From an uncultured bacterium (GTDB lineage Bacteria > Oederibacteriota > JAAXVQ01 > JAUVAV01), in NCBI GenBank assembly GCA_963710755.1, contig CAVQBK010000004.1, positions 32,001 through 96,000 on the forward strand: a stretch of 64,000 nt of DNA. Reading direction: 5' to 3'. The position numbers were made by a program, and so were the translations under genes. Positions 12,001 to 20,300 of the stretch are shown one piece after another (the first letter of the stretch is position 1; each line of letters opens with the position of its first letter). The notes below the pieces were generated by a model that was not told the DNA's origin, made no database searches, and saw only the letters and a program-made list of their open reading frames with translations.

Positions 12001-13832
12001 AAGACGATGTGGTGGTCAATCTGAATCCGGCTGGTGAGAACAACCAGGAAGGCCTGGAATCTCAGCAAGTGCTAAATAGCACTGCTAATATGGCCAGTGG
12101 TAAAGCTAAGACCATTATGCAGGCCTGGCAGGAAGAAGTGGCCGGCCGGGAAAACAGCGGCAAAGCCGTGGAGGCCTTGCGCGGTATCCTGCAAAACACC
12201 TTTGGCGTGGCCTTGACGGTCGGCAACAAAGCCAAGGATCTTGCCTACATGCGCCTCATAGCCGCCTTGATGGATCTGATACCGGCCATTGCGGTGACCG
12301 GCCAGGAAGCCATTCAGCCCAAGGTCTATCTGACCAAGGCTGTTAAAACCAACGGCAACCGCAAGGCCGGCTTGTGGTTCATTGCCTTTGCCGCCAAGAA
12401 ACCGGGATCGGGGGCGGAAGCCTCAGAAGTGGATATGGAAATTCCCGAATCGGAAGTGGCCATGCTCAACCGCAGCCTGGGGGACATGATGATCCGCCAG
12501 GCCTTGATCGCCGCGGTGGAAGTGCTTTTCCAGGACGGGGAGGTGGGCAGCCTGGAAACCGCGCTTATCAACTCCGATCCTTCTTTGGGTTATGCGGGCA
12601 ATGCCAACCGGGTCATTGAATTCTTGAGAAGTTACATCATGGACGGCGCCAATCTTAAACGCACTATTGACGAAATTCGCGCGGATGAAGCCGCGGGCCA
12701 CAGCCTGCGTTTCCGTGATCAACAGTTGCTTCAGGCCTTTGATATGGTGAGCGCCAAATTTGGCGGGGCCACATTCAGTGCCAATGACCTGCGCGATCTC
12801 AACCAAGCCAAGGCCGAGTTGGAAAACGAGGCGTTCGCCCAGATGGCCGTTCAGGCGCAGGCCATTGATGCGGCTAAAGCCCAAGGGAAAGATATCCAGG
12901 ACCTGTGGGGTACCTTTTATGCCCAGTTTGGCATGAGCTATGGCGACTATGAAACCATGAAAAAAGAGCCGGTGCCCCAAAAAGTACTGGAGTTCTTCTT
13001 CAATAAAGATAATCTGGCCCAAGACCTGCCTATGGCCAATGTCAAGCGGGCTGCCATGCGGTTGATTGGTTTCAGCGCGATAGGCGCCATCTTGGGAGGC
13101 GTGGTCGTGGGCTTGTTCCTCGGCACCGGCGTGGCCGTGGTGGCCGGCGCGGTTCTGGTGACCGCCGGCTTGGCAGGATTGTTTGAAGGGCTTATGGCTA
13201 TGGCCACAGCCAGTAAAATCGCTTTCCGTCTCAATCCCTCAGCCGCCGTTATGGAACAATTGGGCAATACCAGCTTTGACTCCCGCACTGTAGAAATGGA
13301 AGCCGGCCTGATGGAGGTGGAGAAAGCGCTGCCACAGGACCGGACGGCAGCCGAGGCCAAGTTCCAGCAATTGTACGGCATCAGCACCAGGGATTACGGC
13401 AAAGTCAATCTGATCAACCTCATGAAGAACCCGCTTTTTGTTAATGCAGTAGAGCACCTGCGGCCTGAAGGGCAGACTTTCATGATCTCTGAAAATAATC
13501 GCGATAGTGCAGTGCAGGAATTGCTGGCCTTCCTGCTCACCGCAGTGCGCAGCGATGCCAGGAAAGAATACAAGATCGCCGTGATTCAGGATGTGGCCAA
13601 GATTATGGCCTTCATGCAACTAGACATCAACGTGAGCGTGGCCAAATTCAAACCCGGGCTGGAAGTCACCTTAACCCCGGAAGTGGAACGGCTGGTCAAT
13701 CCACGGGTGGCCACACCCAAGATGGAACGGATGATTAACGGCCTCAGTGAATTCGGGATTAATATTAAGGGCTTGTTCGTGCCCTTCAACCAGCGTCATC
13801 AACGGCTCAAAGGTGCCGGTAGCGCGGCTTAA
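1..13832 (+). CDS. Giant (>4600 aa, 5'-truncated) multidomain membrane protein: beta-rich N-terminal repeats, hydrophobic segments, long coiled coil, embedded SecA-like ATPase, shared C-terminal domain
   Basis: Frame is open from base 3 (HPALKAVAGNQAG...), so the GTG at 21 is not the true start. SecA-like motifs GLAAGGGKT, IDEVH, GASGT, ITIANEQAFVGKN, QTLLRTGRPG. Ends ...QRLKGAGSAA and is followed by a terminator. Confidence 0.9.
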   Translation, partial: HPALKAVAGNQAGAIKAGQPIAVDGAFGKVNFVDNGNILLQVNHDGNDKFTGYSIRGTDKYHGIVLAGADKVGTHLLAQNIIVPVGVNHPALTASAGDQASAISRGQLVSVVGANESAVDFTNKGTILIQVNRDDNGKVSGWGLRGVDQYGDTIVTAIGKGGHLEMKNALIQVGSRNPLLAQAVGNKQAGAFQKGNTTVNQMDGVDGPVAFAKDHQIVIQTSRDDQGIKYSVLAHSVKDPSVMLIAGLDGNQSLGLSAAIGSRSSLIGVNAAKTILDKFDEKSHTAVVDGQNLDCQNDEGNVVVNIGKSDGEITYSVRTTSAQNSKVTFIVGQNDKKGIQITDGMGSQKDLVALGVAVAEFKHVDAATGTTEAAVIDGTTGNKQVFEVRVIGENEQVHVRYGRTKDGVLTYGLLGTSTKFKDVTIMTGMDSKGRSMMVQMAKGNQTDLALLGMPVNALLTANQNAPMGKARQILADANHEYTITFGEDGSRTLNGYAQVYSRTDKGYMGHQIQAFGTLDKDGKYTFGAKGTNRELEALGFDLKALVMKNHSFGRENALVFNSRVLTMLDTGDHQILQGRTISGEEASLSLDTIHNTFSASRTITQTINGQEVAMRLDRDEHGSMVVTINGQQFAMADGLKISAASGDYNGMIQLESGDMKKYITLQGDEKTGFIQRWNNKIYEAAHQIAAAWNDRVNNANSGQFTFFDNLADSMAFTGAAFTAGIAMLTSPLTGGLDAVADNYLKEHENWAAATAYVACKTVSEQAPIIGAILLGPAGGTALIGSGILMEMKPVVSGGGLGDFIKSAGSSLLVTGNNFFVQPFIIAKDALVNVWTGHGEEALSYYGQADRYVQLTGALVQVAFAFTMTRSYGKALIDGTTMLRFRLSEAGEAFKNTAGSSALLAAGKALFQGVSPVNFSSEAMTAAKEIMKSNHTSSTKFEALKELRAGKDPEAVIKAVDAIQKPPTIMNRVATALKLNEGPVANVVETAGRTVRTVTRAVGSSVEKVVNVVKAALAPVGDGIVHFAASSRDVVINQVVKVVQAVGKVQGISALASGIKTVTAVVNGWSAALSSTATQVSVAIKVFAMNAASGISTTAANLMANSNPALSKMLSNLSQQLENGAAKMQEQSKLTLESKTEGQTSRAEAGLAKSFEEKITAIESNFEKAGTIFELYEQGAKLKSAMNAYGNFLAMSGNADLVLNKVQALTEQGHGGTAQILEGVLQVRADIAGKVIESIKGTEAGHAVIAALGKNIAQNGPMAAAVLAKEGVSEDIAGAVVKAACANPGNTAQFVKALTHNTDAMVQAVRAADPVSAASMADAVFSSVKGSTRTTAAMKQMANAMAKDSAVAGKVVDIAAAGDRGFMREKVMELSKETAQLESNFLGALGQSPKAMAAFMQQAAQGRYGQHRAEAFTKQVAKDPQTSRQMGKLLDSAKANAQGRLVSPRTAELFRNTIADQLARNPRSEPMQNLLKQFSESGQRQIYRQLTNDLARDPVKAENFKDAVVKDLRKAMKGIGAPKVELNAKIERLTDLTPKAEGNVKADAAQGQGQGKGQADANNSTEPNFVNEVVAALKTVIDNMTGKAKTFKEPGASGYRAPFSLAGSRTMEALRTDPLQAAYEFTKTISGLRLVEGTAKAIGQLGSGTAKQFREAYYKNQLEGSTQGLRQAFEANNKSLETLDARLEAMALKNLRSPGVDNRLFNKLQKGMAQRQELKARQEQLLKVAEGKIEEATSTVGEIARLKLSAQELQAANEAGQAYDAAVKALESKAENFKTIEQAQRQVEESALAENGGQAQALPEKVKSRIDAYRVSLAEAAFEVNAAREEAQTELNQMLAKPELGQRLGELMVQESVASLGRQAVQAQARVKGNYAEAYRAAVARPEEALTRQAKQIGSQIEGVERQAQRAAGRTELRSRQQQARLENRMALQRELAATQERLDTLDPTSEQAKELKSHQDRLETQLARLDRADQRELQRARQKQQLEKRGAQLQTRIANKDTSLSHQSRQATRLIEVKAREEKKAPFAEARSRQQQARLESRQALQHELDETKKRLTMLDPSSRQARDLESHQSRIEAQLERLNRADQRYLQSVKRNQPMENRYREAIYQELAALEGARARLLKRAEQFGQLKTLAETLLSKSAAELQNQDLYDFTAKVMEQLPIKDQTELFRADKNHHLEVISRMSSEGAQALSRALTKTEARALMDAMLEMGRAYDEQAQQQSTAMEQGRLRDMAKTFYSKAGDLLAGRPAKEIMQLINNPAFKKAAESSNATSVQAALMLHGKQPVSSRMLRTVESFADYLLQQPTTMSFDTVLKNFGESRSWFQRLRTDSTEAMVKALKLEPRTLEQQLTALDELASEPAKAFKNQLMQGRTAEHQAQLEKAGAEVDRLKSEVARIENARQKAVEERTASEEAYQETLTQTKAELAQAESNLEALKSKEVKLADSSSDLAKALEAFNAERSSSGQAVLSEKDILLENRDEARENAISQVTSQARINAQMKLMDNKGRLNALRAQLTQLEKAQAFKPSLSNQVQQSILKFRINRLNRQVVNAENRFTNFAELPLPNNLEVRRLANTFALETNLDVALQMEKIHKRLQTTAEADRAALLEKEAAMTPEGFKECWPYYEKVLNEASKDAIKDLNDDNQAFRRQLMSALPKGITNGRQLYDAFKTLREGIIKNGDIQEGSIRDARLIRVYSEIAFTRVTGFDNIRLAQKIMLNSFFGQQNVGLAAGGGKTNIFIMMHMLGIMSGGTLRGEILVDDPAAIEKYKTEMQNTGLKQGDLAEALGLELVNGNALHNEGRYRELEAALNSSDKIVIFDHITRAHLRNAEVSSSSLRQALQQSNYVGIDEVHMAATSQTSAIIGGDIAKPRAALVRKVDQLLNELGFEQSNFKAQVEAGKLPQLRNGFEVIDHRGKELTDDQMVEFNRMTGKKIILSDGQIKLNLAAQTALRGFTEGQISSVLRTLYSKVGKAGEYISYATLNGNISPVNSLGKIEESQISNDIAHQITAARINGLDPFDAVRVNHTKMQTSMSAMYAGNHGAHLVGASGTIAGIESLMKSKIGSSARHVSTSIFDIKSMIENTAMDADTKGRLLTDSQADLAIADTALFKGLKQGWDGFVAEADPVKQLELVKEYAKKAQNQGMDDTIISVIGAEGAGFYVRAGKGHEMLKSKAFQNLLKAAEVPAENAREATSKVQGMDYIEVKDGIQAVVQSHKATPEAGKQYLKGPQITIANEQAFVGKNFQNKFTMIFRNVQNYTADMITQTLLRTGRPGGERADGRWSTLRFAVVNEAELGNVVEQAKRRGNEIKSLLDLSKTNDATTAKILDKTDLNLGEMLKLGAEYRQLKLVGDATRFAVQDTFRDLILIDPLKKALRGVTEGSQAHKILDNELSITLNRSAEGADIKLRLRGNQSPEELNNKYVSDNFNRNLRAANGVWFKILGKSIVQGAWKTSGKAVEQLWTQWQASRAVKNGRVPMRNTSTSFAEYKSLADLYQIGKNLMAKVLSEETQGAEAGALGQQTVTIANNATVTSISSKEMKTLKSTWEQAHSQVENAFKAANPLDYLTGKQNGENPLAAMSLSAAMGILHTNDQLEAQMAMAPSFNAAFNQMKDNLYQPLRAQALGEKAGMGERVNYNPALLPEPSQALINLNQSSLLSRLANLPGLAGVVTNYNKRDLEINYIGDQATAVLNQYNNPEWGKVHQEEVKAYQTQYGDNWQAIVLANQFGPDITLVQQYQQTTNPLRRLWLGMQMPAQANKLYQELMSDIAKVAAKLSVFKNNPNATLTYQNRTMNEQQARAYMVERMDQAASLSGRYQLKNTGLINNYQSDVSTSPQKVVQAALKEKGNVQSFGSNTLQGIAQLASTVKLTSIPWIKAHPILAGTLVGSTILLAGLNLAGLTLLTMTWGSFFTGGITGAMNSFAKAEPVSRNAKGPMAIMQKYTSGKKGMLAKLITPAIFVISGNYVGLLGIIFSTTLRLVYDIGKGKITATPIKEDDVVVNLNPAGENNQEGLESQQVLNSTANMASGKAKTIMQAWQEEVAGRENSGKAVEALRGILQNTFGVALTVGNKAKDLAYMRLIAALMDLIPAIAVTGQEAIQPKVYLTKAVKTNGNRKAGLWFIAFAAKKPGSGAEASEVDMEIPESEVAMLNRSLGDMMIRQALIAAVEVLFQDGEVGSLETALINSDPSLGYAGNANRVIEFLRSYIMDGANLKRTIDEIRADEAAGHSLRFRDQQLLQAFDMVSAKFGGATFSANDLRDLNQAKAELENEAFAQMAVQAQAIDAAKAQGKDIQDLWGTFYAQFGMSYGDYETMKKEPVPQKVLEFFFNKDNLAQDLPMANVKRAAMRLIGFSAIGAILGGVVVGLFLGTGVAVVAGAVLVTAGLAGLFEGLMAMATASKIAFRLNPSAAVMEQLGNTSFDSRTVEMEAGLMEVEKALPQDRTAAEAKFQQLYGISTRDYGKVNLINLMKNPLFVNAVEHLRPEGQTFMISENNRDSAVQELLAFLLTAVRSDARKEYKIAVIQDVAKIMAFMQLDINVSVAKFKPGLEVTLTPEVERLVNPRVATPKMERMINGLSEFGINIKGLFVPFNQRHQRLKGAGSAA
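3..790 (+). repeat. Tandem 88-aa (264-nt) coding repeats at the start of giant protein 1
   Basis: HPALKAVAGNQAGAI (3), HPALTASAGDQASAI (267), NPLLAQAVGNKQAGAF (531), each followed by IL/VIQ(V/T)x(R/H)D. Confidence 0.85.
5751..6290 (+). repeat. Internal duplication (~65-aa unit, 342-nt spacing) in the coiled-coil region
   Basis: RSRQQQARLENRMALQRELAATQERLDTLDPTS...RADQR at 5751 and RSRQQQARLESRQALQHELDETKKRLTMLDPSS...RADQR at 6093; DNA agaagccggcagcagcaggc occurs at both. Confidence 0.9.
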
Positions 13833-13867
13833 ACATTATCATTGGTACTTGTGGTAAAGACAGTTTT

Positions 13868-13900
13868 AAAAGCCCGTCCTTCATTGGGACGGGCTTTTTT
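13868..13900 (+). terminator. Rho-independent terminator after giant protein 1
   Basis: aaaagcccgtcc-ttcattg-ggacgggc-tttttt hairpin plus U-tract. Confidence 0.9.
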
Positions 13901-14026
13901 ACTTTGGTGACAAGGCTAAGAGGAATCGATATAATTAGACTCTGTGGCGAAAAGGGCATTATGCCGGTAGATCTTGGTCGAGCGCGTGGGGTCGGCCCTA
14001 CTCAAGCAACGATTTGTTAGGATGAA

Positions 14027-14647
14027 TTGATGATGAGGATTTCCAGGCAATGGTGTTATCTTTTTGTAATCACAGCAAGTTTTGGTCTGGTGGGATTGAG
14101 CCATGCCCAAAATGATCAAGCCTGGATTAAAAAACACCTGAAAAATAAAACCTGGGAGTACCTGGCCAACCAAACCTCTTCCACGCTGGTCACTGCCCAA
14201 CGCTTGCTCCTACAGTTAAACCAAGCCAAGGATGTGGCTGCAAAAAAACGGCATCCAACCCGGCAGCTGAGCCATGGTGATCAGGAAACCTATCATTACA
14301 GCCGGTCCGGCCAAGAGGTATCGGTTTGGGTTACCGGGCCCGATCAAAAAATGATCGAAGAGCGAACCTATAGCGAGCAGCGTCTCGTCTCCATTCTATA
14401 TGCGGATGGCACCTTAAAAACATTTCAATATCCTCCGGAGCAAGGCGACCGTCAGTCCTCCTTAGCCTGCACCATTGTGGTCTATGCCGATGATCAGACC
14501 CGGTTGTTTCAATACGATGGGGAAGGCCAATTACGCCAGGCTTTTCAGGCAAACGGCGATTCTATACCCTTGGGCAATTTAATGGACTTTCATACGCTCA
14601 ACAATCTGGTGGACCCTGCCTGTCTTCGCCTGGGGGGCACTCCATGA
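14027..14647 (+). CDS. Secreted hypothetical protein with YD/RHS-like beta-hairpin repeats
   Basis: Signal-peptide-like N-terminus (…GLVGLSHA); YADGT, YADDQ, YDGEGQL motifs; overlaps next gene by ATGA. Confidence 0.7.
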   Translation: MMMRISRQWCYLFVITASFGLVGLSHAQNDQAWIKKHLKNKTWEYLANQTSSTLVTAQRLLLQLNQAKDVAAKKRHPTRQLSHGDQETYHYSRSGQEVSVWVTGPDQKMIEERTYSEQRLVSILYADGTLKTFQYPPEQGDRQSSLACTIVVYADDQTRLFQYDGEGQLRQAFQANGDSIPLGNLMDFHTLNNLVDPACLRLGGTP

Positions 14648-17181
14648 ACCGCCTACTGACCATTAACTTTTTGGCTTTAATGTTGGCAGCTTCGGCTTTG
14701 GCCGCCGGGGTTTCGGATAAGGAAAAAAATGCGGCGGTGGTGTACCATTATTTGGAGTCCCGTTATTTGATCCAAGGATATAACTTGGAGCTGGGGGATC
14801 CGCATTTTCTGGCCACCTTTACCCTTGGCAACCAAACCCGTTTACTCTACGGCAACGATGGCTCCCTGTATAAGAGGACCATGCCTTCAGGGGAACAGAT
14901 ATTTTATGATCAAGGCTTTCCTGTAAAGCGGCTTGGAAAAAAAGACGAACTGATTCAGGAAACCCAACTGACCTGGGATGAGCAGCACCATCTGCAACAA
15001 GCCCTAACCAGAGGCGCTCAGCAACGTACGCTAAGGTTTTATTCGCAGGGATATTTGACGCTGGAAATGGATTATGGGCCGCCTCATTTGCTCTTCCGTC
15101 GCGGGTTTAGCCGTTCGGCTGATAAGAAAAGTATAAGTTATTTTGAAACCGACAGTCTTACCGGTCTTACCAGCTATTTTCTGGTGCCGGAAGATAAAGG
15201 ATTGCAGATTCAGCAATGGCGGGTGACCGGAGGGCTTTACCGTCTCTGGGACAGGCCCTACCACCTTTTTATGGACTTGGTGCGCGAGGAAATTAAACGT
15301 CAGTATGGAGATTTCCAGCGACAACGCCGTGATTCCTTCAATCGCACCAGGGGCGAAATAATTGTGGCTCAAGTAGACCAAAACTTGGCCTATGGGCTGG
15401 GCCGGTTCTTAAAAGATCGGGATAGGGGCGCCATCACCTTTGATCCCCAGGGAAACTATATTGAATGCCATCAATTAATCGTGCCCTTACCCAAAGTGGA
15501 CTTGAAGGAGCTCCCCCATAAACCGCCGGTGAAGGTAATCGTCAAGCATAATCAGTTGTTTTATTGGAATAAGGATATTAAAGACTGGCAAGTTTATCCC
15601 TATAATCCCAACCAAGAAAAAATAATACCCCTGAACCCGGAGCAAGCGTTGGTGGAACCAAAGGAAATTAAAATGCAGTGGCAGGTAGTGCCGCATCAGC
15701 AGGAACAGTTGGTCCTCAGCTGCCGGCTGTTACTGACTCCGGAAATTAAACAGCGCCTGAACGCCCGGCTGCATGAGGCTGCGTTTTATGAACCCGATCA
15801 GGATGATTGCCGGCAGTTGGTCTCTGAGCTTAATGCCGGCCGGGAGGAAGCAGCCCGCGCCCGGCAGGTCCATGCGCTGGCAGGGAGCCGTCCTTGGCGT
15901 AAGGAAGACATCGATCTGATCGAGCCGCTGCAAGTTATGCTCAGCGCCAGGATTAAACAAGCCCTTTTAGTCAGGCCGGAAATGAAAATTCGCGATGACC
16001 GGCATTTGACTCAGGCCCAAGCCATGCTGGCGTCCATTGAACCGATGCGGGTGCTTAACCGTCAAAGCCTGGAGCGGCAAAAGAGGAAGATCAGGATCGC
16101 TACTCTGGGCACCTTGACCAGAATTATTTATAAAGATTTGGAAATTCAGTTGCCCAAGATGAAAAAAAACAAGCTCTTTTATTACTATAACCGCGTAAGA
16201 AAGGATAAAGGGTTTTTGCAAGTTTGGGAGGAAGACCAGGAATTGGCGGAGAAGGGGTTCTGGCGCGCCTATGTGCTTAGGCCCGACCGGGATGTGCTCA
16301 TTCAACGCCGCCATAAGATGCTTATTCGTGTGGACCAAGGCCGCTTTCTTTGGCAGGCCACCGGACAGCGGGTTACGGAGCGCCTGTCGGGTACAGTGAT
16401 TTTGGCCAACCCCAATGCCCCGGCCACGAACCAACCGGAAAAAAACCATGACCAGCTGTGGACAACACCACCTCAAGTTTTTCCTCATCAGCGGGCACTG
16501 TCTTTGCAGGCATGGTTGCCTATGCTGCTGTATAAAAACAGGAAAAAGGCAATCACAGTCACCGAGCCTAATGACGCTCGAGTGACCAGTACCACCACTT
16601 ATAATTGGCTGGGCAAGATTAAGGACGTGGTGGTGAAAAAAGAGCTGAAAGATCATAACTGGCAGATAGAGCGTTATGATCATGATCAGCAGCTGCAAGA
16701 ATTACAGAACAGCCTTGGCCAGCATTATCATTTGTTCTATCGGCAACCACAGTTGGTGGAGCTGGTGCAGCAAGAGGGTAATCAGGAAAATCATTTTTTA
16801 GTTTCGCAACGTCAATTGCAGCGCATGATTTTCCCCAAAGGGCGCATGGAGGTGACCCGGGGGCCGGGCCAAACGCTGCAGGCCGATTATCAGGATCGGG
16901 CCGGACGGCAACTTGTACGTCTGAGGTTTGATAAGCACGGTCAAATTAAAAAAATAAAACTGGCCCAAAAGACAGAAGTGATTTATACCATGCACGATCT
17001 TGACGTTACTCTGAATATCCAAAATGATCACGGCCAAGTGGCTCTGGCAAAATTTAACCGGGCAGGGGAAATGGTGTTGCAGGAAGGTGAAAAAGGCTTA
17101 ATTAACTTCGTTTTTACCAATTATCCTTTTTTTAATCCTCAACATCTTGAAAAAATTTACCGACAAATCGTTTTAAATTGA
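14644..17181 (+). CDS. Secreted 845-aa hypothetical protein with YD/RHS-like repeats at both ends
   Basis: Signal peptide MNRLLTINFLALMLAASALA; YGNDGSL, YDQGFP, WDEQHHL, YNWLGKI, YDHDQQL, FDKHGQI, FNRAGEM; translationally coupled to upstream gene. Confidence 0.75.
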   Translation: MNRLLTINFLALMLAASALAAGVSDKEKNAAVVYHYLESRYLIQGYNLELGDPHFLATFTLGNQTRLLYGNDGSLYKRTMPSGEQIFYDQGFPVKRLGKKDELIQETQLTWDEQHHLQQALTRGAQQRTLRFYSQGYLTLEMDYGPPHLLFRRGFSRSADKKSISYFETDSLTGLTSYFLVPEDKGLQIQQWRVTGGLYRLWDRPYHLFMDLVREEIKRQYGDFQRQRRDSFNRTRGEIIVAQVDQNLAYGLGRFLKDRDRGAITFDPQGNYIECHQLIVPLPKVDLKELPHKPPVKVIVKHNQLFYWNKDIKDWQVYPYNPNQEKIIPLNPEQALVEPKEIKMQWQVVPHQQEQLVLSCRLLLTPEIKQRLNARLHEAAFYEPDQDDCRQLVSELNAGREEAARARQVHALAGSRPWRKEDIDLIEPLQVMLSARIKQALLVRPEMKIRDDRHLTQAQAMLASIEPMRVLNRQSLERQKRKIRIATLGTLTRIIYKDLEIQLPKMKKNKLFYYYNRVRKDKGFLQVWEEDQELAEKGFWRAYVLRPDRDVLIQRRHKMLIRVDQGRFLWQATGQRVTERLSGTVILANPNAPATNQPEKNHDQLWTTPPQVFPHQRALSLQAWLPMLLYKNRKKAITVTEPNDARVTSTTTYNWLGKIKDVVVKKELKDHNWQIERYDHDQQLQELQNSLGQHYHLFYRQPQLVELVQQEGNQENHFLVSQRQLQRMIFPKGRMEVTRGPGQTLQADYQDRAGRQLVRLRFDKHGQIKKIKLAQKTEVIYTMHDLDVTLNIQNDHGQVALAKFNRAGEMVLQEGEKGLINFVFTNYPFFNPQHLEKIYRQIVLN

Positions 17182-17249
17182 AAAGGGTTGGTTGCTATAA
17201 AAACATTGATTTTAAAGGATAAAATTGTATTTGTTTTAAATTAAAGCTA

Positions 17250-17278
17250 TTGTTAGCCCTGTTTTACTATGCTATACT
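17250..17278 (+). promoter_or_regulatory. Putative sigma70 promoter (extended -10) for giant protein 2
   Basis: TTGTTA-17 nt-TATACT with TGn before the -10 box. Confidence 0.5.
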
Positions 17279-17364
17279 TTTACACAGACATGGCTTTATC
17301 CATGTCTTAATGCCTTCACTCCTTACGCCATCAGCAGTAATTGATTAAGGGAGCATGACACCTA

Positions 17365-20300
17365 ATGATAAGGTCTCACAACCAAACAAGAGGGCTCGTC
17401 AAAGCTACGGCCTTGGTGGTGGCGTTGACCTTTGTGCTGCCTATGGTCACCTTTGCCTTTGGTCCTGCTACCTATCCCGCGGATCCGGTGGGTGCCTACG
17501 GACTCACCCCTTTTAAAATCAATGGTCAAACCATTAAAATATCACCCCAATGGGGCATGATCACCAGCAGCTATCAAGGCCACAGCGATAAAACCGTGGT
17601 CTACATTCAAGATTTGCACTGCCATTATGAAGTGCAGGATCATATTTACCAAATGCTTAAAAGCCTGGTGGAACGCAACCACTTAAAACTCATCGGTATT
17701 GAAGGCGAGAGCAAACCGGTCGATGTCAGTCCCATCAGCACCATTGCTCGACAAAACGTCAGGCAGGAAGTGGGCGATTATTTTATCAAGCGCGGCCGCC
17801 TGACCGGTCCTGAATATTTGGCCTCCATTAGCGGGCAGCCGGTGGTACTGGCCGGCATTGAAAAGCAGCAGCTCTATGATTACAGCAAAGAAAAGCTGAC
17901 CCAGTTTTTAACCGATGAAAATCAAGGCTATGTGGAAGATCTGCGTTTTGTCCTGGAAAAGTTAAAGGCCCCGCTCTATTCCACCGAGCTGGCAAAACTG
18001 GATCATATGCAAGCTCAATTTGACGGCGAACAAATACCTCTGGAAAATTTCGTGAACTACCTCCTGGATGAGGGTGATCGCTTGGGCGTATCTTTTAAGG
18101 CGTATAGTGCACTTAACACCTATGCTGTGCACCGGCAAATGCCTTATCAAGGCAATGTGGATTATGAACGACTGCTTGACGCCGCGCGCCAGTATGATCA
18201 GACGGTGAGGGACAAACTCTATACTACCCAAGATCAACGTCGGCTTGATCATTATTTGAAATTGGTACGCATTATGGAGAGTCTGATCAATATCAGCGCC
18301 ACCGATCAGGAGCTCACTTATTACCGGGGACACAAAAAAGAATTTTCCATTACCACGCTTTTCAATTTTCTCGATGAAACCTGTTATCGCTATGCCGTTA
18401 ATCCCAACCTCGACCCCAACGCGGTGCAATTGGAAAAAGCCCTTGCTTGGGCGGCGGAATTTTATGGAGCCGCGGACCAACGTTCCCAGGCGTTCATTAA
18501 AAATCTACTCAGCCAGATGGATCAACGCGGCCAAAAATTGGCGGTGTTGGTAACCGGCGGTTTCCATGCAGCTCAGTTGGAAAAAGCTTTGCGCAGCCGG
18601 GACATGACCTACCTAGCCATTAAACCGCGTCTGACCAGGAATGATCTACCCAATCCGTATTTTAATGTGCTCAAAGGCCGTCTCAGCCCGATCGAACAAT
18701 TGATTGCCCAGCATGAAAATATTTTCGCGCCTCGCAGTATTTTCAGCAGTGCCTTGTACCGTCGCTATATCGACACGGTCAAGCAGATTGCGCTCGCCCG
18801 CGAAGCAGCGGGTGCTGCCGCGCCCCGTCAACCGGCAAAAGAGTTGGAACTCAAACCGGCATGGTCCAATCCGGCCAATAATGTTTATGTGCTGCAATTT
18901 AAAAATGACAAGGATGTGTTGGTGGTTATTCGAAATTTCGAAATCACCAATTATCCCACTATGGCAGACGCGGAGAAATTGGACGACCATACGATGTTCC
19001 AATTTGTGGCCCGTGAGGTCTGGGAAAATCCGGACTACCGGGCTAAAATTCTGGGCTCAGAAAAGTTGGCGCGCGCGGCTGGGCCGCAAAGTCAGCCTTC
19101 GGAACTGCTTGATTTTCTTTCCGGCTTGAGCCGCTATTTGGGCGGCATCAGCGCACCTCAAAGCCCGCTGAGCAAGGCCTGGTCCGCAGTTCGAACCGGT
19201 TCCAGCAGTGCCTGGGCCACCACTAAAACCTGGGCCGCCCAGGGGAAAGAACTGATGTTCAACCCGCATGTGATCATGTGGCTGGGCAGCGGACTGATCA
19301 TGGCCGGCGGGGTTTTGGGCATGATCATCACGTCAGCAACGCTTTGGCCGCTTATCGCCACGGTTGGCGCCATTATGGTGATGATCACCAGTATCGCCCA
19401 AATGCGCAATCAATCCACGCCGGTTATGATGCGGGCAGCCATGGGGTTCACAGCCATGCTCGTGGCAGGTGTGCTGATCTTCAACCTTGGTCTGGGATCC
19501 ATTGCCCCCCTGCTGGCGAAGACGGCCGATTTGGTGCCTACGCTGCAGGCTACCGGTATTTTGGATTTGGGATGGTTTGCGTTGAATTACCATAACATTA
19601 TTCCCAATCCTGAGATGTTCGCGGCTGTGGGACTGCTGGCCTCGGTTAATACCTTGGCCGGAATGTTGGCCAGAAGGCTGGGATGGGATCAAAGCGGCCT
19701 TGTCGAAGAACCGGTGGAATCAGCCTTTTACCCGGACAAGGATACATTGATTGAAAAAGCGTTGATCTACGCCAGCAGCCAATTCAATTACGGCACGGAA
19801 CATATCAGAGGAGACAACACGTTCAAGACCGATCTGGAAGAAATCATGGCCCAGACTCAAAACAGCCGGGCGTTGCAGACCTTTATCAGCAACCGTGCCG
19901 ATCGTCTGGCCTTGGCAGGCATGGCCTATCGCAATGGCCGCCTGTCCCTGACCGAAGATACGCCCACGGGCCGCCTACTGGATTTGGCCCGCGATTTTGT
20001 GGAAGGTGAAAACTTGGCCCAGGCCGTGCTTAAAGGTGATGATCTCAAGGCTTTAAAACTGGGCAACAGCCATTTAGCTCAGCTCATCAGCCATATCCTG
20101 TCGGGCAGGAAAGACCAGCTTTTTGTCTTGGGCGCTAAAGATCCTTCGGCGCCGGAACGGTTGGCACCGGCCTATTTTACCCCAACCCAGTTGGAGGCTA
20201 TTAAAAAATTGGCCGCTCAGTACCATGTGCCCATGGTGCTCTCCGGCATGAACCTCAACCCCTTGCTTGGTCTTAAGCTCGAACCGGCGCAGGTTCGAAC

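Noticed and set aside
14027-17181. Classical RHS toxin/immunity locus
   Set aside because: No RHS core end motif (PxxxxDPxG), no toxin tip or immunity gene, and both proteins have Sec signal peptides.
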